NCBI GenBank assembly: GCA_043822705.1
Contig: JBDRBK010000123.1
Coordinates: 1 to 21,124 of the forward strand
Origin: Fidelibacterota bacterium
GTDB taxonomy: Bacteria; Fidelibacterota; Marinisomatia; Marinisomatales; TCS56
Direction: 5' to 3'
DNA: 21,124 nt
Position 1 is the first letter of the stretch. Every line of letters begins with the position of its first letter. This document shows positions 8,440-16,127 of the stretch, piece by piece. Below the pieces are notes generated by a model that made no database searches, was not told the DNA's origin, and worked only from the letters and a program-made list of their open reading frames with translations. The position numbers and the translations under genes were made by a program.

Positions 8440-8477
8440 TGTTGCGTGGGGCAACGGAGTATTGGCCTACGATTTGT

Positions 8478-8505
8478 TTAGGGACATGACATGTCTTGTC
8501 CCTAC
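8478..8505. repeat. REP-like palindrome, third copy, inverted
   Basis: AGGGACATGACATGTCTTGTCCCT is the exact reverse complement of the core AGGGACAAGACATGTCATGTCCCT at 6215-6238. Confidence 0.8.
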
Positions 8506-8600
8506 GGTGGTTTGGGTAATTATAATTCTCATTACAATCGGCGGTAAGGCAACCTTCAAGGTGTCCAGCTTTGCAACCTGGAAGGCTACTTGTTGCCGAG

Positions 8601-8835
8601 GGGCCTGTCACCGTGTTCCGGTGGTCCTGACCGACCGTTCCGGTTGACCCATCACCGCACTCGGGTGGTCCCATGCACGCATTTTACCCGGCCCATATGC
8701 GTGCTTTAGCGGACCCATCGCCGCACTCGGGTGGTCCCATATACGCGTTTTACCCGGCCCATACGCGTGCTTTAGCGGGCCCATCTTTGTACTCGGGTGG
8801 TCCCATGTACGCGTTTTACCCGGCCCATACGCGTG
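8601..8835. repeat. Tandem repeat of about three 66-bp units built from 22-bp subunits
   Basis: 66-bp units start at 8646, 8712 and 8778. CCCAT recurs every 22 bp from 8648 to 8824 (9 copies), and two degenerate 22-mers start at 8601 and 8623. Confidence 0.9.
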
Positions 8836-8930
8836 TATTGGGGGATGTATTGTCGTGCATTAGGGCAATAATTACCGCCGGGGGACGGGCTCAGGGCGGA
8901 TTGCGGTAGATTGAATTTCGGCGGCGGTCG

Positions 8931-10115
8931 TCAGTGGCTGATCGTTTTACGGCTGATATGCAGAATTTTCTCCGACAGTGAAATCCAGAAGGGGCTAATT
9001 ATCAGTGTCAGCGAAATCAGGCTGATCGTGAAATTATAGCCGTAGGTCCCGATGATTCCCAAAGCGTAGGCCGAGGAACTTAGCAGGAAGCTCAGTTCAC
9101 CGATCTGGGCCAGCAGGGCGCCGCCTAAAAAAGCTTCCTTCCAGGGACAGGCGAACAGGCGCAGGATCAGGGCGTTCAGGGAATGGTTCACCAGGTAGAC
9201 CGTCAACAACACGATGGCGATCGCCAGGGAATTCTCATTGAGAAAGACAAAATCGATCTGCAGTCCGATACTGACAAAAAACAAGGCCACAAACAAAACC
9301 CGGAATGAATGCAGTGTGGCGAAAATCCAATCGGTGGCCTTGGATACATTCATGACCATGCCGCCGACGAAGGCTCCCAGTGCCGGGGACAACCCGAAAA
9401 CCGAGGACAACAGCGCCCCCCCGAAACACAACAAAATGGCCACAAACACCTGCAGCTCGCGGTCATGGGCGATTTTCTCGGAAAAGGGCAGTCTGATCGA
9501 CCTTTTGACATAGATATAAATCAGCAGCGCGATGATGACCAATCCTCCGACGATCATTAACAGGATGTTTCCCAGCGGTTCCGGCTGGCCGCCCAGCAAT
9601 GATGTAATAATCAGCAGCGGCACGATGATAATATCCTGGGTCAGTAAAATGCTCAACACCTTTTTGCCGACGCGCGTGTTGACCAGCTTTTTATCGTCCA
9701 TGATCTTGATTATTACGGCCGAGCTGCTCAGGGCGATGACGAAACCGAGGATGATCGAGCGCTCGATTTTCCAGTCGAAAAAATGACCGATGCTTATAAT
9801 GATCAGAACGCTGATACCGACCTGCAATAAGGTGCCGATAGCCGCCAGTCGCCACTGTTTGATCAATTCCGGCAGGCTGATATCCATACCGATAAAAAAC
9901 AGTAACAGGATAATCCCCATCTCGCCCAGATGGTGGATCAGTTCCGCATCCCGGATCAGTCCCAGACCATGTTCGCCCAGCAGGGCGCCGATAATGATAT
10001 AGCCGATGATATAGGGTTGTTTGATCCGTTTGAGAATCAGCCCGATCAGGATGATCAGAATTGCCAGGATCGATACAAAGGCGACGATCGGGTCAAGTTT
10101 TGCAAGTGGTGACAT
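8931..10115 (-). CDS. Cation:proton antiporter, CPA2 (KefB/KefC-like membrane domain, no KTN domain)
   Basis: Motifs QPYIIGYI, GIILLLFFIG, ALSSSAV, ILLTQDI, SPALGAFVGG, FFVSIG and LAQIGELSF; 394 aa, hydrophobic throughout. Confidence 0.9.
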   Translation of the reverse strand: MSPLAKLDPIVAFVSILAILIILIGLILKRIKQPYIIGYIIIGALLGEHGLGLIRDAELIHHLGEMGIILLLFFIGMDISLPELIKQWRLAAIGTLLQVGISVLIIISIGHFFDWKIERSIILGFVIALSSSAVIIKIMDDKKLVNTRVGKKVLSILLTQDIIIVPLLIITSLLGGQPEPLGNILLMIVGGLVIIALLIYIYVKRSIRLPFSEKIAHDRELQVFVAILLCFGGALLSSVFGLSPALGAFVGGMVMNVSKATDWIFATLHSFRVLFVALFFVSIGLQIDFVFLNENSLAIAIVLLTVYLVNHSLNALILRLFACPWKEAFLGGALLAQIGELSFLLSSSAYALGIIGTYGYNFTISLISLTLIISPFWISLSEKILHISRKTISH

Positions 10116-10221
10116 TTAGGTGACCGACTTTGACCGGAAATTAATCAATCTTTTCCGGAACAGTAATTGAATTCCGATTGATTCTTGCGACGGAACGGTC
10201 GGCCGCCGGCCGGAAGGGCCA

Positions 10222-10923
10222 TCAGTTCCGCGTACCGGCGCGTTTGAAAACGATACTCAATAAAATCCCGGTGACTGTCAAGACGGTCCAGTTGATCGTG
10301 ATGGCGGCGACCTCGAAGATATATTCGCGGTGAATGCCAAATCGGACCGAGACGATAATCAGCGCCAGGACGGTCAGGATGAAAGCGGCCAGGAATAACC
10401 AGCGGATCGCTTTTTCCAGACGGTCGCCGGTGGAAAAGGCAAATGCCATAAACAGGAAGGCGATGCTCATCATCAGGTAACCAAAATCCTCCAGGGCGAT
10501 GAAGATGCCGTGGGCGTTGAACTGGGTCAGCAGGGCGATCCCGTCGTACTCATTATTCAGCAGGCTGGGCTGGATCACCGACACCTGCAGGAAATAATCC
10601 ACCAGGATCGTGGCGGCGGCGATCAGAGCGAAAGCCAGACCCACCTGACTGTAGATTTTTTTCTCCCGGGGCGCCCAGTTGTGGATGCAAACCATCAGCG
10701 CCAGATAGGCCAGAGTCAGCAGCAGGGCCGGGTACATCCAGATATAATCGCGGGGAAAGCGGTCGGCGATATCCGCATAGGGGTACTGGAAACAGTCACC
10801 GGGGCAAAAGGGACCGGCCAGGGGCGGTGTATTGATGGCGATCCCGAAGGTTATTACGGTCAGTGCCGTCGTGATAATGGCGGTAAAATAGCCGAAACGG
10901 CTGGTGGTGGTTGCTGCGTTCAT
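10222..10923 (-). CDS. Hypothetical integral membrane protein (about 6 TM)
   Basis: Regular hydrophobic helices, AAGGA upstream of the ATG, and a CPGDC loop motif. Confidence 0.75.
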   Translation of the reverse strand: MNAATTTSRFGYFTAIITTALTVITFGIAINTPPLAGPFCPGDCFQYPYADIADRFPRDYIWMYPALLLTLAYLALMVCIHNWAPREKKIYSQVGLAFALIAAATILVDYFLQVSVIQPSLLNNEYDGIALLTQFNAHGIFIALEDFGYLMMSIAFLFMAFAFSTGDRLEKAIRWLFLAAFILTVLALIIVSVRFGIHREYIFEVAAITINWTVLTVTGILLSIVFKRAGTRN

Positions 10924-11111
10924 CTGGTGCTTTCCTTATATGATTACCGGATACCGGTTGATTTTACGGAACAACCGTTTGATATTAAATGGTAAATATC
11001 CCGGACCCGGGCGTTGTATAAAGATCTACATTGTTACTTCTTCGCTCGACGCATTAGATTGCGGCCGGGATTGGAATTGAATGCAGCCTGAATAAACGGA
11101 AGGATCGGTAA

Positions 11112-11624
11112 GTGGATTTCATTTCACATGGTCTGTGGGGCGGAATCGCCCTTGGCCGCGGCAACCGTAGACAGTTCGGCCTGGCGGCACTGTTCTCGAT
11201 CCTGCCGGATATTTTTTCGGAAGGGATCATGTTCACCATGGTTTTACTGAATCTGCCGGGCATGCCGGGCCTGGCTGACGGCCATCCCAACATCACCGAT
11301 TTCCCCCATTACGCCCAGATTTTCTATAACCTGTGGCACAGTCTGGTGGTGTTCGCTGTTGTTTTTGGGCTGGTCTGGCTGATCCGGAAGAAGCCGCTGT
11401 GGATCATGCTCACCTGGGCTCTGCATATCCTGATCGATATACCCACCCATTCGCTGGAACTGTTCCCGACACCGTTCCTGTGGCCGCTGGCGGATTTCAA
11501 GTTTGATGGGATAGGCTGGGAGCACCCGGCCGTGCTGCTCACCGATATCGGACTGCTGTTTGGCGTTTATTTGATCTGGCTGTATCCGAAGATCGTGGCG
11601 TTGACAAACAAGGGACGGAGGTAG
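11112..11624 (+). CDS. Membrane-bound metal-dependent hydrolase (YdjM-like)
   Basis: His/Asp motifs SHGLWG, ILPD, WHSL and LHILIDIPTH, plus FLWPL; AAGGA RBS before a GTG start. Confidence 0.75.
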   Translation: MDFISHGLWGGIALGRGNRRQFGLAALFSILPDIFSEGIMFTMVLLNLPGMPGLADGHPNITDFPHYAQIFYNLWHSLVVFAVVFGLVWLIRKKPLWIMLTWALHILIDIPTHSLELFPTPFLWPLADFKFDGIGWEHPAVLLTDIGLLFGVYLIWLYPKIVALTNKGRR

Positions 11625-11643
11625 TTTAATAATGCCCGGCCCG

Positions 11644-12609
11644 CTATTGCAGGCGCTTTAAAACCCGGTATACCAGAAATGTCAACCAGGCCGATGGTTG
11701 TTTCTTCTGGCCGAAATCCCAGTCCTGCCAGACTTTCCAGACCGATTCCGGTGTGTACCGGCCGTCAACGGCTTTTTGTTCGATCAACCCGACGATTTCT
11801 TTAAACCGCGGGTCATTAAGGGCCTGGTCAAAATTGGATAATGTATCCGCCAGATGCAGGATGTCGTACCAGATCAGGGGCGCTTTCAGTTTGCGGAAGT
11901 CCTTCCCCATGAAAAACATATAGGGATGCCGGTGCTGGCTCTGTTCCCAGAGATTTAGCAGCGAATCAATTGAATTCCGGGCAAATTCCGAGTATTTATC
12001 AGAATCATAGCGACTGATTAATTTCAACATAATCATCGTTGCGTACGGGCAGGGATCGTCTTTCCTGCCCGGTCCCCGGAATTTCCCTAATTCCTTCGAT
12101 ACGGCGCAGGGATAGCCGTTGTCCCGCCCCAGTCCGATCAGATAGTCCTTCGCCTTGATAACCTGTTCATTATCGTTCAGGCCCAGTTTCGCCAGGCTGT
12201 ACACGATGGTCGGGGCATCGCACAGGGCCCAGGCCGCCTGGTCCCGACCGCTGCCACCGAAGTGTACCGGTATATTCATCGGCAACTGGAACGGACCTTC
12301 GGCCGCAACCCGGTCGAAAATTCTGTCAATTATAACCGCCATTCCGGGATCATTTTGGGTGAGGCCCAGATCGGCGATGAAGGCCAGTTTATGAAAAGCC
12401 TGACCGGCGCTTTTGTGGCTGCTCAACACAATGCCCGGCCAGTCCGCCAGCTCCGCCAGCAATTTTCGGACTTCCGGATGATTGATCATCCGGTCGCGGG
12501 CCGCGCTTACCGCGGGTGAATCGGCCGGTTCATCCAGCAGATCAATCCTGGTCCGGTATTCGGTCCAGGGATCGCTGGTTAATAACCAATTGCTGATTTC
12601 ATTATTCAT
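11644..12609 (-). CDS. Conserved hypothetical protein, possibly prenyltransferase/squalene-cyclase-like alpha/alpha fold
   Basis: Long clean ORF with WLL..DPWTEYRTRIDLL, PCPYAT, WYDILH and KQPSAWLT. The fold assignment is tentative. Confidence 0.6.
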   Translation of the reverse strand: MNNEISNWLLTSDPWTEYRTRIDLLDEPADSPAVSAARDRMINHPEVRKLLAELADWPGIVLSSHKSAGQAFHKLAFIADLGLTQNDPGMAVIIDRIFDRVAAEGPFQLPMNIPVHFGGSGRDQAAWALCDAPTIVYSLAKLGLNDNEQVIKAKDYLIGLGRDNGYPCAVSKELGKFRGPGRKDDPCPYATMIMLKLISRYDSDKYSEFARNSIDSLLNLWEQSQHRHPYMFFMGKDFRKLKAPLIWYDILHLADTLSNFDQALNDPRFKEIVGLIEQKAVDGRYTPESVWKVWQDWDFGQKKQPSAWLTFLVYRVLKRLQ

Positions 12610-12648
12610 GTTTTGCTATGCATTGATTTCACCGCACAATGCCCTTGA

Positions 12649-12680
12649 CTATCCGCTCTATGCTCTTACCTCTATGCTCC
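12649..12680. repeat. 7-nt periodic CTC/GAG array directly after the rhodanese stop codon
   Basis: CTC at 12656, 12663, 12670 and 12677 (GCTCTAT GCTCTTA CCTCTAT GCTCC). Confidence 0.6.
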
Positions 12681-13346
12681 TTAACACCCGCCCTCGGGCG
12701 CCTTTTTCTTGGCTTGCTGCTTGATCGGCGGTTTGGGGGCGGTCGATTCCGTTTCTGCCGCCGGGGCGGCGAAGGCGCTGCCACCGCCGAATTTCCGGCT
12801 GGCGGCCTGGCGGAAATCGTAGCGGGCGAATTCGTCGTCGGGACTGGTCACCTTGGGTGCGGCCGGGTTGAGGATCGTTTCGACCCAGTAATTCAGTCCG
12901 CCCTGGAGCACGTAATTATTATGATAGCCCAATTGACGCAGGATCATCCAGATCTGCTGGGCGCCGGTGGTGCCGTTGGAATACAGGATATTCATTTTGA
13001 TACCCTGATCGAGATAGTCCGTCCATTCCGCCGACAGAATATCGGCCTGGGGAATATTGACGGCCTGCTCGAGGTGAAATGTGTCGAATTCCTCGGGCGT
13101 GCGCACGTCGATCAGCCGGATCGCGGGATCCTGGTTGATCAGCCATTCCGCCAACTGGTCGGGATGGATAAGCTCGCTGCCGTACTGGATTTCCGTCAGC
13201 ATGTCGGCGGCGCTCAGTTTGTAGGGCTGGGTGGTGTTTTCCGGCACCATCGCAATCACCAGCGCCAGAGTGACGATCACGGCCGTCAGCAGAATCCGCG
13301 GCTTGATCCGCAGCCGCTCGCGGACGCGTTGAATTTCTGTAGTCAT
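12681..13346 (-). CDS. Membrane-anchored rhodanese-like protein with Ser at the usual catalytic Cys position and a C-terminal EGGC tail
   Basis: Motifs LIDVRTPEEF, HLEQAVNIP, ILYSNG and LQGGLNYW. The start is placed at ATG 13346 (TGATG overlap with the upstream stop, GGAGGAG RBS) rather than the track's 13382. Confidence 0.85.
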   Translation of the reverse strand: MTTEIQRVRERLRIKPRILLTAVIVTLALVIAMVPENTTQPYKLSAADMLTEIQYGSELIHPDQLAEWLINQDPAIRLIDVRTPEEFDTFHLEQAVNIPQADILSAEWTDYLDQGIKMNILYSNGTTGAQQIWMILRQLGYHNNYVLQGGLNYWVETILNPAAPKVTSPDDEFARYDFRQAASRKFGGGSAFAAPAAETESTAPKPPIKQQAKKKAPEGGC

Positions 13347-13936
13347 CAGTACTCCTCCCGAGGGAATCTTTTTTCCGCCCATTCGCCGGCCCAGAACATG
13401 GCCGCGGCGATAATTACCACCAGCAGCACCAGAAAACCCTGTGACACATGGAACAGCTCGGAAATTTTGATCGGTCCCAGATTGCCGGCCAGATACAATT
13501 TTTTCACCAGCGGATAGGATTCACCGAACAGGAAGACGCCGATGAAAATTCCGCCCAGGAAAACCAGGCCGTCGAGCTTGCCGATGGCCGCCGCGCAGGC
13601 GCTGGTGCCGGGGCAGAAACCGCCGATGATGAAACCGGCCCCCATGATCACTCCACCGATGATCGCCGACCACAGAAAAGTGGGATTGACCCAGACCAGA
13701 TTCAGGTCGATCATGTCGAACAGACTCAGATACAGCAGGCCCAGCATCCCGGTGACGCCAGCGGTAAAGAAAACTTTCAGCACTACCGTGTCGTAACCGT
13801 AGAAGACGCCGGCCAGTTTGCGGCTGGAGGAAAAGCCGGCCTGTTCCAGCACGAAGCCGAAGCCGATTCCCACCACAAAGGCGATCAGGAAATCCCAGCC
13901 GGGAGCGATGATTTCATTTGGTATTAATGGTCCCAT
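13346..13936 (-). CDS. YeeE/YedE sulfur-compound transporter family protein (half-size)
   Basis: GFGFVLEQAGF and GGVIMGAGFIIGGFCPGT. Confidence 0.9.
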   Translation of the reverse strand: MGPLIPNEIIAPGWDFLIAFVVGIGFGFVLEQAGFSSSRKLAGVFYGYDTVVLKVFFTAGVTGMLGLLYLSLFDMIDLNLVWVNPTFLWSAIIGGVIMGAGFIIGGFCPGTSACAAAIGKLDGLVFLGGIFIGVFLFGESYPLVKKLYLAGNLGPIKISELFHVSQGFLVLLVVIIAAAMFWAGEWAEKRFPREEY

Positions 13937-13945
13937 GACTGACTC

Positions 13946-14455
13946 CTAAATCCAGTTCTTGCGGAAAAACCAGGCCAGGGCAAAGGCGGTGCCGAAGATC
14001 GCCATCATGGTGACGAACCCGGCCACCGACAACACCGCCATTCCGGTCAGGGCGGCGCCGCTGGTGCAGCCGCGGCCCAGTTGACTGCCGTAGCCAAACA
14101 GGATGCCGCCGATCACGGCCATCAACAGGCGTTTGTTGGAGGTAATTTTCGGCGAATGCTCAACCTTGAATTTCAGCCGGCCGGCGATCGCTCCCGACAG
14201 GAAGCCGCCGACGATCACCCCTAGCACTTCAAACACCAGCCAGGATTTCAGCGGACTTTTATCGTCGCCGACGTATTTGGAATAGTATTCCGAACCGGCG
14301 GTGTGACCGGGGGCGACTAGATCGACCACCTGCACCACGACCGACTTGACCGCCCCGCTGGCGCCCAGGCCGCGCCCGGAAAAATAAAAGGCGGCGATCA
14401 GCACCAGCCCCAGCAGGACCCCCGCCAGATAAGGATTCATGTATTTCGTTTTCAT
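13946..14455 (-). CDS. YeeE/YedE sulfur-compound transporter family protein (half-size)
   Basis: NPYLAGVLLG, GRGLGASG and GGILFGYGSQLGRGCTSG. Confidence 0.9.
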   Translation of the reverse strand: MKTKYMNPYLAGVLLGLVLIAAFYFSGRGLGASGAVKSVVVQVVDLVAPGHTAGSEYYSKYVGDDKSPLKSWLVFEVLGVIVGGFLSGAIAGRLKFKVEHSPKITSNKRLLMAVIGGILFGYGSQLGRGCTSGAALTGMAVLSVAGFVTMMAIFGTAFALAWFFRKNWI

Positions 14456-14485
14456 TTTTTAACCTTCATTTACTACAAATTTTTT

Positions 14486-14612
14486 GCCGCAGAGACGCAG
14501 AGAACACAGAAGAGTATTGGAATTTGAAGATCGGTAATTGTTACTGCTCCTCATTTCCTCTACACCTCGGCTCCTCATTACTCTTACCTCTTTACTCTTC
14601 GCTCTCTGCTCA
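14486..14612. repeat. Intergenic periodic arrays of opposite polarity between psrC and the first yeeE
   Basis: CGCAGAGACGCAGAGAACACAGAAG near 14488-14512. CTC recurs at period 8 (14550, 14558, 14566, 14574) and then period 7 (14581, 14588, 14595, 14602, 14609). Confidence 0.65.
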
Positions 14613-15554
14613 TTAATACAACCAGCGACTGGCCTGACCAGCATCTACTACGATGAAACGCAGCAGCAGGCCGCCGACAATCACCAGCACGGCGGCAACG
14701 ACGGCCGGTATTTTGGCTTTGAATATTTCCAATACTTCCAGCAATGCCGGGATCACCAGTCCCAGCCCCACTACGAATATCCAGAAGACGGTGGTGTAGG
14801 GTCCGCCAAGGAACAGTTCCGCCGCCTCGATGTGAACCTGGGTGCCGGCCAGGAAACCCATAAAAAGATGCACAATCAGGAACAGCTCGATCCCGATCAG
14901 GGCCAGATCGATCCGGGCGAAGATTGCTTTCTCCCGGTGCGAGCGGGAAAACAGCACCGTTGCGGCGGCCCCGGCCGACAGGCCCGAGGTCAGGAACAGG
15001 GGACCGAGAATGGCCGTGTTCCAGAACGGCCGGGCGTTGAAGGCCGACAGCAGGATGCCGGTATACATGCCGAGGATCACCGACAGTAGCATCAGCAGAC
15101 CGGCCACCCATCGGCGCTGCCGGGCGAACCAGTCGAAAAATTCTTTGATGACCAGGAATTTCCAGTCCCAGCGCGGGAACAGATCAGGCAACCAGCCGGC
15201 GGCCCAGACCGCCGACAGGGGCGTGATCACCAGCAGCGTCCAGGCGCCCCAGCTCATGGGCGACTCCCAGCGGATATTTGTAAACAACTGCCAGAAGTAC
15301 AGCAGGTGGGAGAGGTCCAGCAGCAGGGCCAGCAGGCCGATACCCAGCAGGATCGGCGCCGACAGCGGCAGCCACTTCACCGCGGTGGGATACTCATCAG
15401 CCTTGCCGCGCAGGAACAGCAGGGCCGAGAAAAACAGCAGACCGGCCACCAGTCCTCCCAGGAACAGGTAGAGCGCAATCTCCCAGCCCCAGACGTGCAG
15501 GTGTGGATCGATTTCCGGCAGGTTGCGGCCGCTGACGATGATTTCTTCAAACAT
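14613..15554 (-). CDS. psrC: NrfD/PsrC-family membrane anchor of a polysulfide/thiosulfate reductase
   Basis: Motifs WGWEIALYLFLGGL, LLLDLSH, SPMSWGAW, YTGILL, ARPFWN and GGLLLRF. Confidence 0.9.
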   Translation of the reverse strand: MFEEIIVSGRNLPEIDPHLHVWGWEIALYLFLGGLVAGLLFFSALLFLRGKADEYPTAVKWLPLSAPILLGIGLLALLLDLSHLLYFWQLFTNIRWESPMSWGAWTLLVITPLSAVWAAGWLPDLFPRWDWKFLVIKEFFDWFARQRRWVAGLLMLLSVILGMYTGILLSAFNARPFWNTAILGPLFLTSGLSAGAAATVLFSRSHREKAIFARIDLALIGIELFLIVHLFMGFLAGTQVHIEAAELFLGGPYTTVFWIFVVGLGLVIPALLEVLEIFKAKIPAVVAAVLVIVGGLLLRFIVVDAGQASRWLY

Positions 15555-15556
15555 TG

Positions 15557-15698
15557 TTCACTCCGTGAATGGTGAGAACCGACACTTGTGGCGTCGTGGT
15601 GAGAGCCAAGCTGTGCTTGGCTGGGTGAGAATCGCTGCTAATAGCAGCGTAGTGAGAAGTAGTCAGAAATGTGAGGAATCGTGAGATGACGTTGGTCA
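15557..15698 (-). repeat. Downstream flank of the four-helix-bundle gene: TCTCAC array (mRNA sense) with three 17-nt hairpins
   Basis: + strand GTGAGA at 15572, 15599, 15625, 15652 and 15681, with variants at 15662 and 15671. Spacings are 27, 26, 27, 10, 9 and 10. Confidence 0.8.
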
Positions 15699-16061
15699 TT
15701 ACTTATCCTTCAGGAATTTTATTAAACCTTTAATCATCTTTTTAATTGATAGAATTTTATTATGCAACTCATCCAATGTGTGGCAATATCCCAATTCTTC
15801 AGAGATGATCAGTTGGGTTTCCAGTTCAGTCAATGAACCCTGGGCGATGTATAAAAATTGGATGAATTCTTTTGAATGATTTCTACCAGCACCTTCAGCA
15901 ATATTACTGGGAATCGAGATTGCTGCTCGGTGCATTTGGCTAGTGAGGGCGTAAGTTTCCTCGGCTGGGAATGATTTTGTCAATTTGTAGATTTCTTTGA
16001 CAAGAATAATCGAATCTTTCCAGCAATCCAGATCTTTATGATTTCGAATTTTTGCACTCAT
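15699..16061 (-). CDS. Four-helix-bundle protein (23S rRNA IVP / Avd-like superfamily)
   Basis: DLDCWK, FPAEETYALTSQMHRAAISIPSNIAEG and FLYIAQGSLTELETQL; 120 aa; clearly more AT-rich than the psr genes. Confidence 0.93.
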   Translation of the reverse strand: MSAKIRNHKDLDCWKDSIILVKEIYKLTKSFPAEETYALTSQMHRAAISIPSNIAEGAGRNHSKEFIQFLYIAQGSLTELETQLIISEELGYCHTLDELHNKILSIKKMIKGLIKFLKDK

Positions 16062-16075
16062 ATTAGTTACTTATG

Positions 16076-16127
16076 TTTCTCACTAGCGTAGCTTCTCACG
16101 TTTCTCACGGGCGCAGCCATCTCACTA
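16076..16127 (-). repeat. Upstream flank of the four-helix-bundle gene: GTGAGA array (mRNA sense) with mini-hairpins
   Basis: + strand TCTCAC at 16078, 16094, 16103 and 16120, separated by AGC-GTA-GCT and GGC-GCA-GCC. Confidence 0.8.

Noticed and set aside
8646..8835. CRISPR array or a real 78-aa repeat protein (ORF 8673..8909)
   Set aside because: Units are near-identical throughout with no unique spacers. The 22-bp sub-period is not codon-compatible, and an open frame is expected from a GC-rich 66-bp repeat.
15572..15686. CRISPR array
   Set aside because: The constant part is only 6-10 nt, the spacers are self-complementary 17-mers, and no cas genes are present.
15699..16061. Diversity-generating retroelement or 23S rRNA intervening sequence
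   Set aside because: There is no reverse transcriptase, no TR/VR pair and no rRNA sequence; the gene lies between protein-coding genes.
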